From Gammaproteobacteria bacterium (GTDB lineage Bacteria > Pseudomonadota > Gammaproteobacteria > Steroidobacterales > JBFFHS01): DNA of 64,000 nucleotides. The notes beneath the pieces are model-generated. The model did not search any database and was not told where the DNA came from. It worked only from the letters and a program-made list of their open reading frames with translations. Both the position numbers and the translations under genes were made by a program. The stretch is taken from assembly GCA_041556855.1 (NCBI GenBank), contig JBFFHS010000003.1, positions 16,684 to 80,683 on the forward strand. The letters run 5' to 3'. The stretch's first letter is position 1. Every line of letters starts with the position of its first letter. Shown piece after piece: positions 18,222 through 27,933 of this stretch.

Positions 18222-18854
18222 ATGCGGCAGCCTCTCCCAGATCGTTTGCTGAGCGCCTTGGACCGGGCCCTGAAAACCCTGACCACAGCCCCAGACGGCG
18301 GGCGGGCCAGCCCGGCCGCCAACCTGCCCGAGCCGGCTTTGAGCGCTGCTGAACGTGCGCACAGCGCTGCCCTTCTGCGAGTGAATCACGCCGGCGAGAT
18401 TGCAGCCCAGGCCCTGTACGAAGGACAAAAGGTCTTCGCGCGCTCGCCCGCGGTCGCGCAACAGCTGGAGCAGGCGGCGGCGGAGGAGCGGGACCACCTG
18501 GCCTGGTGCGCCGACCGACTCGAGGAGCTGGACGGCCGTCCCAGCGCCCTGTCCCCGCTGTGGTACGCAGGCGGCTATGCGCTGGGCGTGCTGGCCGGGG
18601 CGGTCAGCGATCGTGCCAGTCTGGGCTTTGTGGAAGAAACCGAACGCCAGGTGGTGGCACATCTTGAGGATCATCTCGGCCGCCTGCCCGCTGGGGACGC
18701 CAAGAGCGCCGCGATTCTGGAACATATGGCCGATGATGAGACGCACCACGGTCAGCAGGCCGCCGCCGCGGGAGCTGTCAAGCTGCCGCCGCCGGCGCGC
18801 GCCCTGATGCGGCTGGGTGGCGGCGTGCTGCGCCGCGTCGCCTATTGGGTGTGA
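18222..18854 (+). CDS. coq7: Demethoxyubiquinone hydroxylase (di-iron Coq7 type)
   Basis: 210 aa. Sequence LRVNHAGEIAAQALYEGQ ... EERDHLAW ... ETERQVVAHL ... DDETHHG carries the di-iron carboxylate motifs. Confidence 0.9.
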   Translation: MRQPLPDRLLSALDRALKTLTTAPDGGRASPAANLPEPALSAAERAHSAALLRVNHAGEIAAQALYEGQKVFARSPAVAQQLEQAAAEERDHLAWCADRLEELDGRPSALSPLWYAGGYALGVLAGAVSDRASLGFVEETERQVVAHLEDHLGRLPAGDAKSAAILEHMADDETHHGQQAAAAGAVKLPPPARALMRLGGGVLRRVAYWV

Positions 18855-18865
18855 AGCCCGTCACA
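18850..18865. promoter_or_regulatory. CRP/Vfr box 1 (perfect TGTGA-N6-TCACA)
   Basis: TGTGAagcccgTCACA overlaps the coq7 stop codon. Its centre is 53 bp from box 2. Confidence 0.7.
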
Positions 18866-18902
18866 GAAACGGCGCCCGCTGATACCCGAAGGCACTACCC
18901 TT

Positions 18903-18918
18903 TGTGACCCTCGTCACA
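18903..18918. promoter_or_regulatory. CRP/Vfr box 2 (perfect TGTGA-N6-TCACA)
   Basis: TGTGAccctcgTCACA lies 84 nt upstream of the crp ATG. Its centre is about -61.5 relative to the TSS implied by the candidate promoter at 18937-18965. Confidence 0.75.
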
Positions 18919-18936
18919 ACCTTGAGCATCAACTGG

Positions 18937-18965
18937 TTGCGTCGCCGGCGTGATTTGATTAAATA
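18937..18965 (+). promoter_or_regulatory. Candidate crp promoter (TTGCGT-N17-TAAATA)
   Basis: Hexamer and spacing match only. Confidence 0.3.
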
Positions 18966-19001
18966 CACGCACATTAAGTCAAACTGCCAGGGTCAACCAC
19001 C

Positions 19002-19670
19002 ATGGAAGAAGCCGTTAGAGCGTTAAGTGATGTTCCCGCGATCAATCGCTTCCTGAGCTATTGCCGCATTCGCACCGTGCCTCCCAAGACGGTGATGATT
19101 CACGCCGGCGATCTCCCCGATGTGCTCTATTACATCGTAAGCGGCTCAGTCGAGGTCATGATTGAGGATGAGGACGGTAACGAAATGGTGCTGGCCTATC
19201 TGAACAAGGGTCAATTTTTTGGCGAGATGGGCTTGTTCTACGAGCAGCCCACCCGCAGCGCCTGGGTCCGCACGCGTGCCGAGAGCGAGATTGCGGAAAT
19301 GACCTATCCGCGCTTCCGGCAAATCGCATCCGAAAGCCCCGGTCTGGTATTCGAGCTGGCCACCCAGCTCGCCAGTCGCCTGGATCGCACCAATCGCAAG
19401 CTGGGTGATCTGGCCTTTGTCGATGTGACCGGTCGGGTAGCCCACGCCATTATGGACCTGTGCAACGAACCGGACGCCATGACTCATCCCGACGGCATGC
19501 AGATCAAAGTTTCCCGTCAAGAGCTCAGCCGGTTGGTGGGGTGCTCACGGGAAATGGCAGGCCGTGTGCTCAAGGTGTTGGAGGAACAGGGCCTGGTGCA
19601 GGCAAGTGGCAAGACTATCGTGGTCTACAATGCGCGGCGGGAGCCGCCGAAGCCACGCAAGGTGCGCTGA
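19002..19670 (+). CDS. crp: cAMP receptor protein family global regulator (Crp/Vfr-like)
   Basis: 222 aa. cNMP-binding region YLNKGQFFGEMGLF. The HTH VSRQELSRLVGCSREMAGRVLKVLEEQGLV is almost identical in pattern to E. coli CRP ([28 protein letters not shown]), including the R-E..R DNA-contact residues. Confidence 0.92.
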   Translation: MEEAVRALSDVPAINRFLSYCRIRTVPPKTVMIHAGDLPDVLYYIVSGSVEVMIEDEDGNEMVLAYLNKGQFFGEMGLFYEQPTRSAWVRTRAESEIAEMTYPRFRQIASESPGLVFELATQLASRLDRTNRKLGDLAFVDVTGRVAHAIMDLCNEPDAMTHPDGMQIKVSRQELSRLVGCSREMAGRVLKVLEEQGLVQASGKTIVVYNARREPPKPRKVR

Positions 19671-19673
19671 CGC

Positions 19674-20474
19674 TCACTTGATCCCGCGCTGGTCCTTGAT
19701 GAGGTCATAGGCGGTCCGGATCTCCCGGGTCTTGTCCTTCGCGACCGTCATCATGCTCTCGGGGAGGCCCTTGGCGACCAGCTTATCGGGGTGATGCTGA
19801 TTCATTAGCCGCCGATAGGCCATCTTAACCTCCTTGTCACTGGCATCGGCGGTCACGCCAAGTGCAGCATAGGCTTTCGCCAACTGCTCCGGATCATCCT
19901 TTCGGGGTGGGCCAGCGAAACGCGACTGGGCACGAATCAGCGCTTCGATCTGGGCCAACTCGACGCGGCCGATGCCCAGTTCCCGAGCGACCTCCCAAAG
20001 AATCCCCCGCGCGCGTCGTTTAACGCCCGGGGATGCCAGCAGCGCCTGCATCTGGATCTCCACAAAGGCGCGGCACAGATCAGGGCGACCGCCAATGGCG
20101 GCACGCAGGTCCTGTAGCCGCTCGGCGAGCGGAAATGCCGGATCCTTGCCACGATTGAAATGGCCAATGGCGGCGCGCACCTGCTCCGGGGACAACCTCA
20201 TGCCGTGCATGACACCACGGGCTGCGCGGATCTCCTGCTCGGACACACGGCCGTCAGCCTTGGCCACATGGCCCATGACCGCAAAACTATTAGCAAAAAA
20301 CACGTCCTGGATATTGGCCCCATCCAGACGCAGAGAGCGGTAGGCAGTCGTCAGGCGCTCGGCCAGGCCGCGGTCGAACTGATGGCCGAGCAGAACACCG
20401 AGCACGCCGCCCACCGGACCGGCCACTGCCCAGCCTGCCACGGCGCCCACCAGCTTGCCCGTCCAGGGCGTCAT
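19674..20474 (-). CDS. djlA: Co-chaperone DjlA
   Basis: 266 aa. N-terminal TM segment, central TerB-like region and a C-terminal J domain ([14 protein letters not shown]). Confidence 0.9.
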   Translation of the reverse strand: MTPWTGKLVGAVAGWAVAGPVGGVLGVLLGHQFDRGLAERLTTAYRSLRLDGANIQDVFFANSFAVMGHVAKADGRVSEQEIRAARGVMHGMRLSPEQVRAAIGHFNRGKDPAFPLAERLQDLRAAIGGRPDLCRAFVEIQMQALLASPGVKRRARGILWEVARELGIGRVELAQIEALIRAQSRFAGPPRKDDPEQLAKAYAALGVTADASDKEVKMAYRRLMNQHHPDKLVAKGLPESMMTVAKDKTREIRTAYDLIKDQRGIK

Positions 20475-20554
20475 GGCCTGCGGTCGCGCCAGGGTGGTTG
20501 CTCGGAATCATGGCAGCGGTCATCATGGCCGCCAAATTCCCTGTCGCTCCCACC

Positions 20555-21460
20555 ATGGATCAGCCAGCGCCCAGCGTAGTCTTCGAGTCCGACCTGGTCG
20601 GCCTCAACTTGGTCGCCCGCGGCAAAGTGCGCGACATCTATCGCATCGACGACGCTCATCTGCTCATTGTAGCCACCGATCGACTCTCCGCGTTCGACGT
20701 GGTGCTGCCGGACCCCATTCCACGAAAGGGCGAGGTGCTGACGGCCATTTCGAATTTCTGGTTCGCGCGCACGGCCGGCATTATCGCCAATCATCTCACC
20801 GACATCGATCCGCGCAGCGTTCTTAGCGGCGCCGATGCCGACCGCGTCGGCGCCCGCTCGGTCGTGGTGCGCGCGCTGCGGCCCCTGCCCGTGGAGGCGG
20901 TGGTGCGCGGCTATTTGATTGGCTCGGGTTGGAAAGACTACCGCGCCACGGGCCAGGTTTGTGGCATCACGCTCCCCCCAGATCTTGAGATGGCCCAACA
21001 ACTGCCGGAACCCTTGTTTACGCCCAGTACCAAGGCTGCCCCTGGCGCCCATGATCAAAACATAAGCCTGGCCGCTGTCGCTCAGTTGCTGGGCGAAGAG
21101 TTGACGGCCCGGGTCCAGGCGGTGGCGCTGGACATTTACACCAGCGCCTGCGCTTATGCGCGGAAACGCGGCATCATCATCGCCGACACCAAGTTCGAGT
21201 TCGGTCTGGATGCGCACGATGAGCTGTATTTGATCGACGAAGTGCTGACTCCCGACTCGTCCCGGTTCTGGCCAGTGGAAAGTTACGCCGTGGGCATGTC
21301 GCCGCCGAGCTTCGACAAGCAGTACGTGCGCGACTATCTGGAAACTCTGGATTGGAATAAGCGGGCGCCCGGCCCGCATCTGCCGGCGGACGTGATTGCC
21401 CGCACCAGCGCCAAGTACCTGGAAGCGCTGCAGCGGCTGGTGGGTGAGACCCGTGCTTGA
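20555..21460 (+). CDS. purC: Phosphoribosylaminoimidazole-succinocarboxamide synthase (long form)
   Basis: Motifs [26 protein letters not shown] and [11 protein letters not shown]. The start is uncertain between 20498 and 20555, and no clear SD supports any candidate. Confidence 0.9.
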   Translation: MDQPAPSVVFESDLVGLNLVARGKVRDIYRIDDAHLLIVATDRLSAFDVVLPDPIPRKGEVLTAISNFWFARTAGIIANHLTDIDPRSVLSGADADRVGARSVVVRALRPLPVEAVVRGYLIGSGWKDYRATGQVCGITLPPDLEMAQQLPEPLFTPSTKAAPGAHDQNISLAAVAQLLGEELTARVQAVALDIYTSACAYARKRGIIIADTKFEFGLDAHDELYLIDEVLTPDSSRFWPVESYAVGMSPPSFDKQYVRDYLETLDWNKRAPGPHLPADVIARTSAKYLEALQRLVGETRA

Positions 21461-22817
21461 GCGGCTGCAAAAGCGCCTGACTGAGGTGCTATGGCCGGCC
21501 GAGATGCCCAGCGGACCGGCGCGGTTCGCCGTGCTTGTCGCCCGCTATGGCTACGCTCTCGCCCGGGAAGCGCTGGACGGTCAGCTCAGCCTGCGCGCCA
21601 TGAGCCTGGTCTACACCACAATGCTGGCGGTGGTTCCGCTGCTGGCTTTCAGTTTTTCCGTCCTGAAAGGTCTCGGTTTCCATCGGCAGATGGAACCCAT
21701 GCTCGCCCAGTTTCTCTCGCCGCTGGGAGAGAAAGGAGCGGAATTGACCGGCAACGTAATCAGCTTCGTGGACAACGTTCAGGGCACGGCGCTGGCCGGC
21801 TTGAGCCTGGGCTTTCTGTTGTTCACGGTACTGTCCATGGCTCAGAAAGTTGAAGACAGCTTCAACTTCGTCTGGCGCGTAGACCGGCCGCGCAGCTTCG
21901 GGCGTCGCTTCAGCGAATACCTGAGCGTGATGCTCGTCGGCCCCGTGGTAATGACCTTCGCCATGGGCATCACCGCATCCATTACCAGCACCACCCTGAT
22001 GCAGCGCATTGCCGCTGTGGAGCCCCTGGGCGCCGGCATCGTCATGCTGGGCAAAATGTTCCCCTACTTGCTGGTGATCGGTGCGTTCACATTTCTGTAC
22101 GCTTTCGTTCCCAATACCCGCGTACGACTCAGATCCGCGGGCGTTGGTGGATTGGTGGCGGGGATTCTGTGGGCCGCCGGCGGCAGTTTGTTTTCCCAGT
22201 TCGTCGCTGCGGCGACCCGAACCGAAGCGATCTATTCTGGCTTTGCCATCGTGATCGTAGCCATGCTCTGGTTGTACCTGTCCTGGCTGGTGCTGCTCTA
22301 CGGCGCTCAACTGGCGTTCTATCATCAGAATCCCGGCTACCTGAAGATCGGCCGGCGCACACCGAGCATGGCCAACGGCGTCAGAGAACGACTGGCGCTG
22401 ATGACCATGGTGCTGGTGGCCCGGGACTTCGTGAGCCCCGGGCACGGCTGGCGCGTCGCAAGCCTGGCAGCCCATGCCGCGCTGCCGGCCCATTCCATGG
22501 CGCCCATCGTCCAGGCGCTCACCGAAGCCGGCCTGCTCACGGTGACGACGGACGACCGTCTGATACCGGCCAAGGCGCTCATCACCATCCAGGTACGCGA
22601 TGTGCTGGGCGCAGTGCGGCGCGCCAGCGCAGAGGAGGAACGGGGCTCACCGGCCTGGGATCCGCCGGTGGACCAGATCGCTGCGCAAGTCGACCAGGCT
22701 ATCGACACTACGCTGGGCACTGCGACGCTTGCGGATCTGGTCACGCAGCAGGGGGAGCAAGAACGTCAGGCCATCCCGCCGGGAGCAGTCAACCTGGGCC
22801 GGTCGACGTCCTTTTAA
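21453..22817 (+). CDS. YihY/BrkB family inner-membrane protein with an approximately 145-aa C-terminal soluble extension
   Basis: GTG 21453 overlaps the purC stop (GTGCTTGA). A YihY-like core with 6 hydrophobic segments is followed by a winged-helix-like segment ([40 protein letters not shown]). Confidence 0.85.
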   Translation: MLERLQKRLTEVLWPAEMPSGPARFAVLVARYGYALAREALDGQLSLRAMSLVYTTMLAVVPLLAFSFSVLKGLGFHRQMEPMLAQFLSPLGEKGAELTGNVISFVDNVQGTALAGLSLGFLLFTVLSMAQKVEDSFNFVWRVDRPRSFGRRFSEYLSVMLVGPVVMTFAMGITASITSTTLMQRIAAVEPLGAGIVMLGKMFPYLLVIGAFTFLYAFVPNTRVRLRSAGVGGLVAGILWAAGGSLFSQFVAAATRTEAIYSGFAIVIVAMLWLYLSWLVLLYGAQLAFYHQNPGYLKIGRRTPSMANGVRERLALMTMVLVARDFVSPGHGWRVASLAAHAALPAHSMAPIVQALTEAGLLTVTTDDRLIPAKALITIQVRDVLGAVRRASAEEERGSPAWDPPVDQIAAQVDQAIDTTLGTATLADLVTQQGEQERQAIPPGAVNLGRSTSF

Positions 22818-24145
22818 CGACCGGCGATCGTCATCTCGCCGACGACGATAGAGCCACAGCGAATCGTGCCGCGCAGATCCACGTCTGAGCCAAACGCCGT
22901 GATGTCCTTGAGCATCTGAGCAAGATTACCGGCAATGGTCACTTCGTTGACAGGATACTGGATCTCGCCGCCTTCTACCCAGAAGCCGGCGGCGCCGCGG
23001 GAGTAGTCGCCGGTGACCGTGTTGGCGCCCTGCCCCATGAGCTCGCCGACCAGGAACGCACCGTCCAGAGGCCTCAGCAGCGCCTTAAGATCACCCCCCG
23101 TCGGCGTGACGATGAGATTATGAATCCCGCCCGCATTGCCAGTGGTTTCCGCCCCCAGACGGCGCGCGGAATAGCTCGACAGTACATAACCGGTTAGAAC
23201 GCCATTTGCAATGAGTTGGCGCGGCGCAACTGCCACGCCTTCGCGATCGAAGGGAACGCTGCCCATAGCAGCGGGAATAAATGGGTTCTCGTCAATCTGG
23301 GCAAATGCCGGCAGTATCTGCTCACCCTTGGCATTGAGCAGAAAGGACGCCCCGCGGTACTGGCTGGCTCCCGTGATGGCCGCCGTTAAATGCCCCATCA
23401 GGCCACGGGCCAGCTCGGCGGGGAATATCACGGGCGCACGTCGGGTGGTTAACTGGCGCGCGCCCAGTCGCCGCAAGGCGCGGCGCGCGGCACGCTCGCC
23501 GATGGCCGAGCCCGACTCCAGATCCTCCGGCCGGCGCGCTACGGTATACCAATAATCCCGTTCCATACCGCTTTCGTCCTGGGCCACCACGGCGCAGCTG
23601 GTCGAGTGATAGCTGGTTGGATAACCGGCACAAAAGCCGTGGGAGTTGGCGTAGACGCGCATCGACTCGTGACTGGCCACCGTCGCGCCGTCGGAATTCT
23701 GAATCCGCGGATCAAGAGCCCGGGCCGCAGCCTCCGTCTCCCGGGCCAGCGCTTCCGCATGATCAATGGTCAGCACCCAGGGGTGATAAAGATCCAGATC
23801 CGGTGGATCCGTGGCGAGCCGATCCGGATCGGCCAGCCCGGCGTACTCATCCACCTCGGTAAAACGGGCGATGCTCAAGGCCTGGTCGACCGTTCTGGCG
23901 ACAGCCTGATCACTGAAATCAGCGGTCGATGCGCTTCCCTTGCGGCCCTGACAATAGACGGTCACTGCCAGGCCCCGATCTCGCTGACGTTCCAGGGACT
24001 CCAGTTCACCCAAACGTACCGTGACCGACAAGCCTTCCTCGTAGCTGACACCCGCCTCCGCCGCGTCGGCGCCGCCGGCGTCGGCGCGCTCCAGCGCGCG
24101 CCGGGCCACCGTGGTGAGCTGAGTTTCCAGGGCAGAGTTATCCAT
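22814..24145 (-). CDS. pmbA: Metalloprotease PmbA (TldE)
   Basis: 443 aa. PmbA/TldD family pattern across the full length. Its stop codon overlaps the yihY stop. Confidence 0.92.
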   Translation of the reverse strand: MDNSALETQLTTVARRALERADAGGADAAEAGVSYEEGLSVTVRLGELESLERQRDRGLAVTVYCQGRKGSASTADFSDQAVARTVDQALSIARFTEVDEYAGLADPDRLATDPPDLDLYHPWVLTIDHAEALARETEAAARALDPRIQNSDGATVASHESMRVYANSHGFCAGYPTSYHSTSCAVVAQDESGMERDYWYTVARRPEDLESGSAIGERAARRALRRLGARQLTTRRAPVIFPAELARGLMGHLTAAITGASQYRGASFLLNAKGEQILPAFAQIDENPFIPAAMGSVPFDREGVAVAPRQLIANGVLTGYVLSSYSARRLGAETTGNAGGIHNLIVTPTGGDLKALLRPLDGAFLVGELMGQGANTVTGDYSRGAAGFWVEGGEIQYPVNEVTIAGNLAQMLKDITAFGSDVDLRGTIRCGSIVVGEMTIAGR

Positions 24146-24245
24146 GGCGTGCGGGCATTCTAGCTTGCATCAGCCCGGCGTTGCGCCCCCGCAGGGCAAC
24201 ATCGGCCGGCAGCCAGGATCCCTGCAACGCGGTACAATCCCCGCT

Positions 24246-24740
24246 GTGGAACCTGCGGTCGGCATAATCATGGGCTCAGTGTCCGATTGGGACACGATGC
24301 AGCATGCGTCTCAAACGCTCAATGAGTTGGAGATCCCCCATGAAACTCGGGTGGTATCGGCCCATCGAACCCCTGACCTGCTGTTCGAGTACGCGGCAAG
24401 CGCGGCGGGGCGGGGCCTCAAAGTGCTGATCGCGGGCGCCGGCGGGGCCGCCCATCTGCCGGGCATGACCGCGGCGAAAACGCTCTTGCCGGTGCTCGGC
24501 GTGCCGGTGCAGTCCAAGGCCCTGAACGGGCTGGACTCACTGCTTTCCATTGTGCAGATGCCCGGCGGAGTGCCAGTCGCCACGCTGGCCATCGGCCCGG
24601 CGGGGGCGCGTAATGCCGCCCTGCTCGCAGGGGAAATTCTGGCGCTGCAGGACCCTGAGCTTGCGCAGCGGCTGCGCCGTTTTCGTGAGCAGCAGACCGA
24701 TGGGGTACTTTCCCGGCCCGATCCCCGGCAAGCTGACTGA
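24246..24740 (+). CDS. purE: 5-(carboxyamino)imidazole ribonucleotide mutase
   Basis: GTG 24246 gives [18 protein letters not shown].., followed by VSAHRTPD and [11 protein letters not shown]. The track's upstream extension from 24144 is unlikely. Confidence 0.93.
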   Translation: MEPAVGIIMGSVSDWDTMQHASQTLNELEIPHETRVVSAHRTPDLLFEYAASAAGRGLKVLIAGAGGAAHLPGMTAAKTLLPVLGVPVQSKALNGLDSLLSIVQMPGGVPVATLAIGPAGARNAALLAGEILALQDPELAQRLRRFREQQTDGVLSRPDPRQAD

Positions 24741-24753
24741 TACCCACCTCGCG

Positions 24754-25848
24754 ATGAGCAAGGACCAGGCCACCCGGGTCGCTGTGATTGGTGCTGGCCA
24801 ACTGGGCCAGATGCTCGCCCTGGCGGGCATTCCGCTGGGACTGGAGTTCAGTTTTCTGGACCCGAACGCCAATGCGCCGGCAGCGGGTCTCGGCCGCTTC
24901 GTACGGGGCGCTTTTGACGACCCGGCCGCGTTGGCTGCCCTGGCTGCGGGGGCCGACGTGCTGACCTACGAGTTCGAGAACATCCCGGTACCGCCCTTGG
25001 AACCCTACGCTGACCAGCTCGCACCGAGCCTTCAAGCACTGGCCAGCGCCCAGGATCGCCTCGCCGAGAAGCAACTGTTCGAATCGTTGGGCATTCCCAC
25101 CGCAGCCTATGTGCCTGTGGAGACCGCCGCAGACCTGCAAGCGGCAGCGGCAACCGTGGGCTTGCCTGCCGTCCTCAAGGCCCGTCGGCTTGGCTACGAC
25201 GGCCGCGGCCAGGTTTTCGTAGAGAGCGCGCCGGCGCTGGCCGCCGCCTGGGACACCCTGGGTGAGGTGCCAGCGATTCTCGAGGCGCGCATCGACTTCG
25301 CGCGGGAGCTCTCCCTGGTCGCCGTCGCCGGTGCCGGAGAAATCAGGTATTACCCGCTGAGTGAAAATGTGCATCAGGATGGCATCCTGATGACCAGTGT
25401 TGCCCCGGCACCGGAGGCCAACCATGAAGCGGCAGCTCGTGCCTGGCTGGCTGCCCTGATTGCTGCGCTCAACTATCGCGGCGTGCTCACGGTGGAGTTT
25501 TTCGACACGCCCGCGGGCCTGCTGGCTAACGAAATGGCACCGCGGGTGCACAACTCCGGCCATTGGACCATCGAGGGGGCCACCACCAGCCAGTTCGAAA
25601 ACCACCTGCGCGCGGTGCTCGGTTGGCCACTGGGCGACACCTCTGCCCGGGGCACCGCTGCCATGCTGAATCTGCTCGGCGAGATGCCCGATCCCGTCGC
25701 TCTTTTGTCCCTGCCCGACGGCCACCTGCACAGCTATGGAAAGACCCCCCGGCCCGGACGCAAGCTGGGGCACTACACCGTGGTGGCCTCAGACGCGGTT
25801 GCAGCCCGCGAGCGATTGGCAGCAGCGCGACAACTGCTGAGGCGCTAG
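24754..25848 (+). CDS. purK: N5-carboxyaminoimidazole ribonucleotide synthase
   Basis: ATG 24754 gives MSKDQATRVAVIGAGQLGQMLALAG. ATP-grasp core with NEMAPRVHNSGHWT. The track start at 24550 lies inside purE. Confidence 0.93.
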   Translation: MSKDQATRVAVIGAGQLGQMLALAGIPLGLEFSFLDPNANAPAAGLGRFVRGAFDDPAALAALAAGADVLTYEFENIPVPPLEPYADQLAPSLQALASAQDRLAEKQLFESLGIPTAAYVPVETAADLQAAAATVGLPAVLKARRLGYDGRGQVFVESAPALAAAWDTLGEVPAILEARIDFARELSLVAVAGAGEIRYYPLSENVHQDGILMTSVAPAPEANHEAAARAWLAALIAALNYRGVLTVEFFDTPAGLLANEMAPRVHNSGHWTIEGATTSQFENHLRAVLGWPLGDTSARGTAAMLNLLGEMPDPVALLSLPDGHLHSYGKTPRPGRKLGHYTVVASDAVAARERLAAARQLLRR

Positions 25849-25929
25849 CGACCGGCCGTCAACCGGGGCGATTTCGCCAACGGCCCCCGCGATCTCGATA
25901 TACTAGACTGTTCGTGCCGCCGCATCAGG

Positions 25930-27228
25930 ATGTCCATGTACCGCGAGCTGTTTGATCTGGACGAGCCGCCCTTTCGGCTCACTCCTGACCCACAGTTCCT
26001 GTTTGCCAGCAAACAGCACACGCGGGCGAAGGCCTATATGGAATCCACCATCTGGCTGGCTGACGGCTTCGTGGTGATTACCGGGGAAATCGGTTCCGGC
26101 AAAACCACCCTGATAGAGGCTTTTCTGGCGGAATTGCCGGAAAACGTGACGCTGGGCTATCTGACCCAGACTCAGATTACACCGGTGGAATTCCTCCAGT
26201 CCGTACTCGTGGAGTTCGGCTACAAGCCTTTCAAAGCGCGCAAAGTCGAGCTGATGTCCATGCTCAAGGATTTTCTCGTTGAGCAGTATGCGGCTGGCAG
26301 GCAGGTGTTGCTGGTCATCGATGAGGCCCAGAACCTGTCCCGCAAGGTGCTGGAGGAGGTTCGCCTGTTATCAGGCATCGAGGCCCAGAAAGAGAAGGTC
26401 TTGCGCATCATTCTGGTGGGCCAGCCGGAACTGAACGACAAGCTCGACTCGCGGCGCCTGGAGCAACTGGCACAGCGTGTACGGCTGCGCTTCCACCTGG
26501 GCCCGCTGAACGAATCCGAGACCCGTGATTACATCGAGCATCGCTTGCTCGTCGCCGGCTCCAATGGCCGGGAGATTTTCAGCGAAGATTCCTTCCCCAC
26601 GATTTTTCGCTACAGCGGTGGCGTCCCCCGATTGGTGAACATACTCTGCGACACGGCAATGCTCTGTGCTTTCGCCGGCGAGCGGAAACGCATTGACCAC
26701 GACGTCGTGATGGAAGCGGTAGCGGAACTGCAATGGGCGGAATACGCCCAGCGGATTCACGGATCACGCGCGCCGGCCCCAAAACCGGCGCAGACACCTG
26801 GCAATAGTGTGATCAAGCAGGACACGCGTCATTTTGCCATGGCGCGCCTGGAGGTCATGTTCCAGAATCAGCGCGTCGGAGTCCACGAGCTATCGAGCGG
26901 TCGCACCATCATCGGTCGCACCACCGACAATGACCTGCAGATCCGCAGTAAGTTTATCAGCCGGCATCATGCTCAGATCATCAGTGATGCTCAGCAAAGC
27001 ATGCTGGAGGATCTCAACAGCACCAACGGAATTATTGTGGGCGCAGCCCCGGTCAAACGGCACCGCTTGACCGACGGCGACGTGATCCTGCTGGGCGAGC
27101 ATAGGCTGGTCTATCGGGATCTTCGCGCTGCCTCGGCGGTGGTCGAACCGGGCCCGGGGAATGACCCAGGACGCCTGCAAGATGGGGACCTGGACAACGA
27201 GCGAGGCCACGAAGAGTCCGCCCCATAA
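25930..27228 (+). CDS. ExeA/GspA/MshM-like AAA+ ATPase fused to a C-terminal FHA domain
   Basis: 432 aa. Walker A is GEIGSGKT and Walker B is LLVIDEAQNL, with ExeA-like flanks (FRLTPDPQFLF, ILVGQPEL, GGVPRLVNILCD). FHA signature at about 26839-27123: GRTIIGRTTDNDLQIRSKFISRHHAQI...LEDLNSTNGIIV. TATACT lies about 30 nt upstream and an SD-like CAGGA precedes the ATG. Confidence 0.85.
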   Translation: MSMYRELFDLDEPPFRLTPDPQFLFASKQHTRAKAYMESTIWLADGFVVITGEIGSGKTTLIEAFLAELPENVTLGYLTQTQITPVEFLQSVLVEFGYKPFKARKVELMSMLKDFLVEQYAAGRQVLLVIDEAQNLSRKVLEEVRLLSGIEAQKEKVLRIILVGQPELNDKLDSRRLEQLAQRVRLRFHLGPLNESETRDYIEHRLLVAGSNGREIFSEDSFPTIFRYSGGVPRLVNILCDTAMLCAFAGERKRIDHDVVMEAVAELQWAEYAQRIHGSRAPAPKPAQTPGNSVIKQDTRHFAMARLEVMFQNQRVGVHELSSGRTIIGRTTDNDLQIRSKFISRHHAQIISDAQQSMLEDLNSTNGIIVGAAPVKRHRLTDGDVILLGEHRLVYRDLRAASAVVEPGPGNDPGRLQDGDLDNERGHEESAP

Positions 27229-27234
27229 CCCGGG

Positions 27235-27468
27235 TCAATTTAGCTCGTTGCTGATTTTGATCTCACGGGACCTGCTACTGCAGCTTTGCCTGTAGTCGCG
27301 GCGCTTTAGCCAAACCACGAGTCCGATCAACAGACAAACCAGTCCCAACGCCGTGCAGATGGCAGGCCAATACCAGTCATTGACGTACACGCTCGCCACC
27401 AGGCCGACCACCCCGGCGACAAAATAGAAGTAGGGAACAGATTCGTACAGAGGCTTAGAAAGCCACAT
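27235..27468 (-). CDS. Small two-TM membrane protein, unknown function
   Basis: 77 aa. Strong SD (GGGAGG, 6-nt spacer). Two hydrophobic segments, VPYFYFVAGVVGLVASVYV and WPAICTALGLVCLLIGLVVWL, and a basic tail. Codon usage looks less GC3-biased than in neighbouring genes. Confidence 0.6.
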   Translation of the reverse strand: MWLSKPLYESVPYFYFVAGVVGLVASVYVNDWYWPAICTALGLVCLLIGLVVWLKRRDYRQSCSSRSREIKISNELN

Positions 27469-27547
27469 TGCCGACCTCCCGGCGAAGAGTGTGTTGTTAC
27501 GACCAGTGCCTGTCCATGGCTATCAGGCGGCCACCGTACCCGGCGCT

Positions 27548-27742
27548 TTAGCAGGACCTGTCGAGCTTTGATTGCCGCAGCAGCGCGTCTTGCGCCTTCA
27601 GAAGCTTGCGCAGCAGGGTGGGCTCCCAGGCGTCCATGGCCAGACGCTCCCGGTCCTCCGGCGTGAGCGGACCCAGCGCCATATCCTCCAGCGACCCCGC
27701 CGCAGATTCGCCAGCCGCTGATTTCGGTCCAGGCTCGTCCAT
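27548..27742 (-). CDS. Possible small acidic protein (64 aa from ATG 27742; the track uses a TTG at 27811)
   Basis: High GC3 from MDEPGPKS.. onward, but the SD is weak. It may be the 3' part of a frameshifted gene together with 27775-27933. Confidence 0.3.
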   Translation of the reverse strand: MDEPGPKSAAGESAAGSLEDMALGPLTPEDRERLAMDAWEPTLLRKLLKAQDALLRQSKLDRSC

Positions 27743-27774
27743 GAGGCTTCGGGCTTCCGCAGCGCCAGCCCGGG

Positions 27775-27933
27775 CTAACCCTTGGCAGTACGCGGCAAGC
27801 GCACCAGGCAATCGGTCAAAGAGCCGGTCCCTGCCTGGACCGATAAATCCGGCTGCCGGCCACCCGGTGACTCGGGCAACTCCAACAGCACGCCCGCCAG
27901 ATCAATCTCGTTGGCGGTTTTGTCGTCTTTCAT
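27775..27933 (-). CDS. Possible 52-aa ORF (MKDDKTANEIDLAGVLLELPES...), too short for the ORF track
   Basis: GC3-rich and in a different frame from 27548-27811, which it overlaps. Ribosome-binding site is poor. Very uncertain. Confidence 0.2.
   Translation of the reverse strand: MKDDKTANEIDLAGVLLELPESPGGRQPDLSVQAGTGSLTDCLVRLPRTAKG

Noticed and set aside
20471-21379. 302-aa - strand ORF
   Set aside because: Antisense to purC.
24418-25773. 451-aa - strand ORF
   Set aside because: Antisense to purK and the end of purE. No recognisable features.
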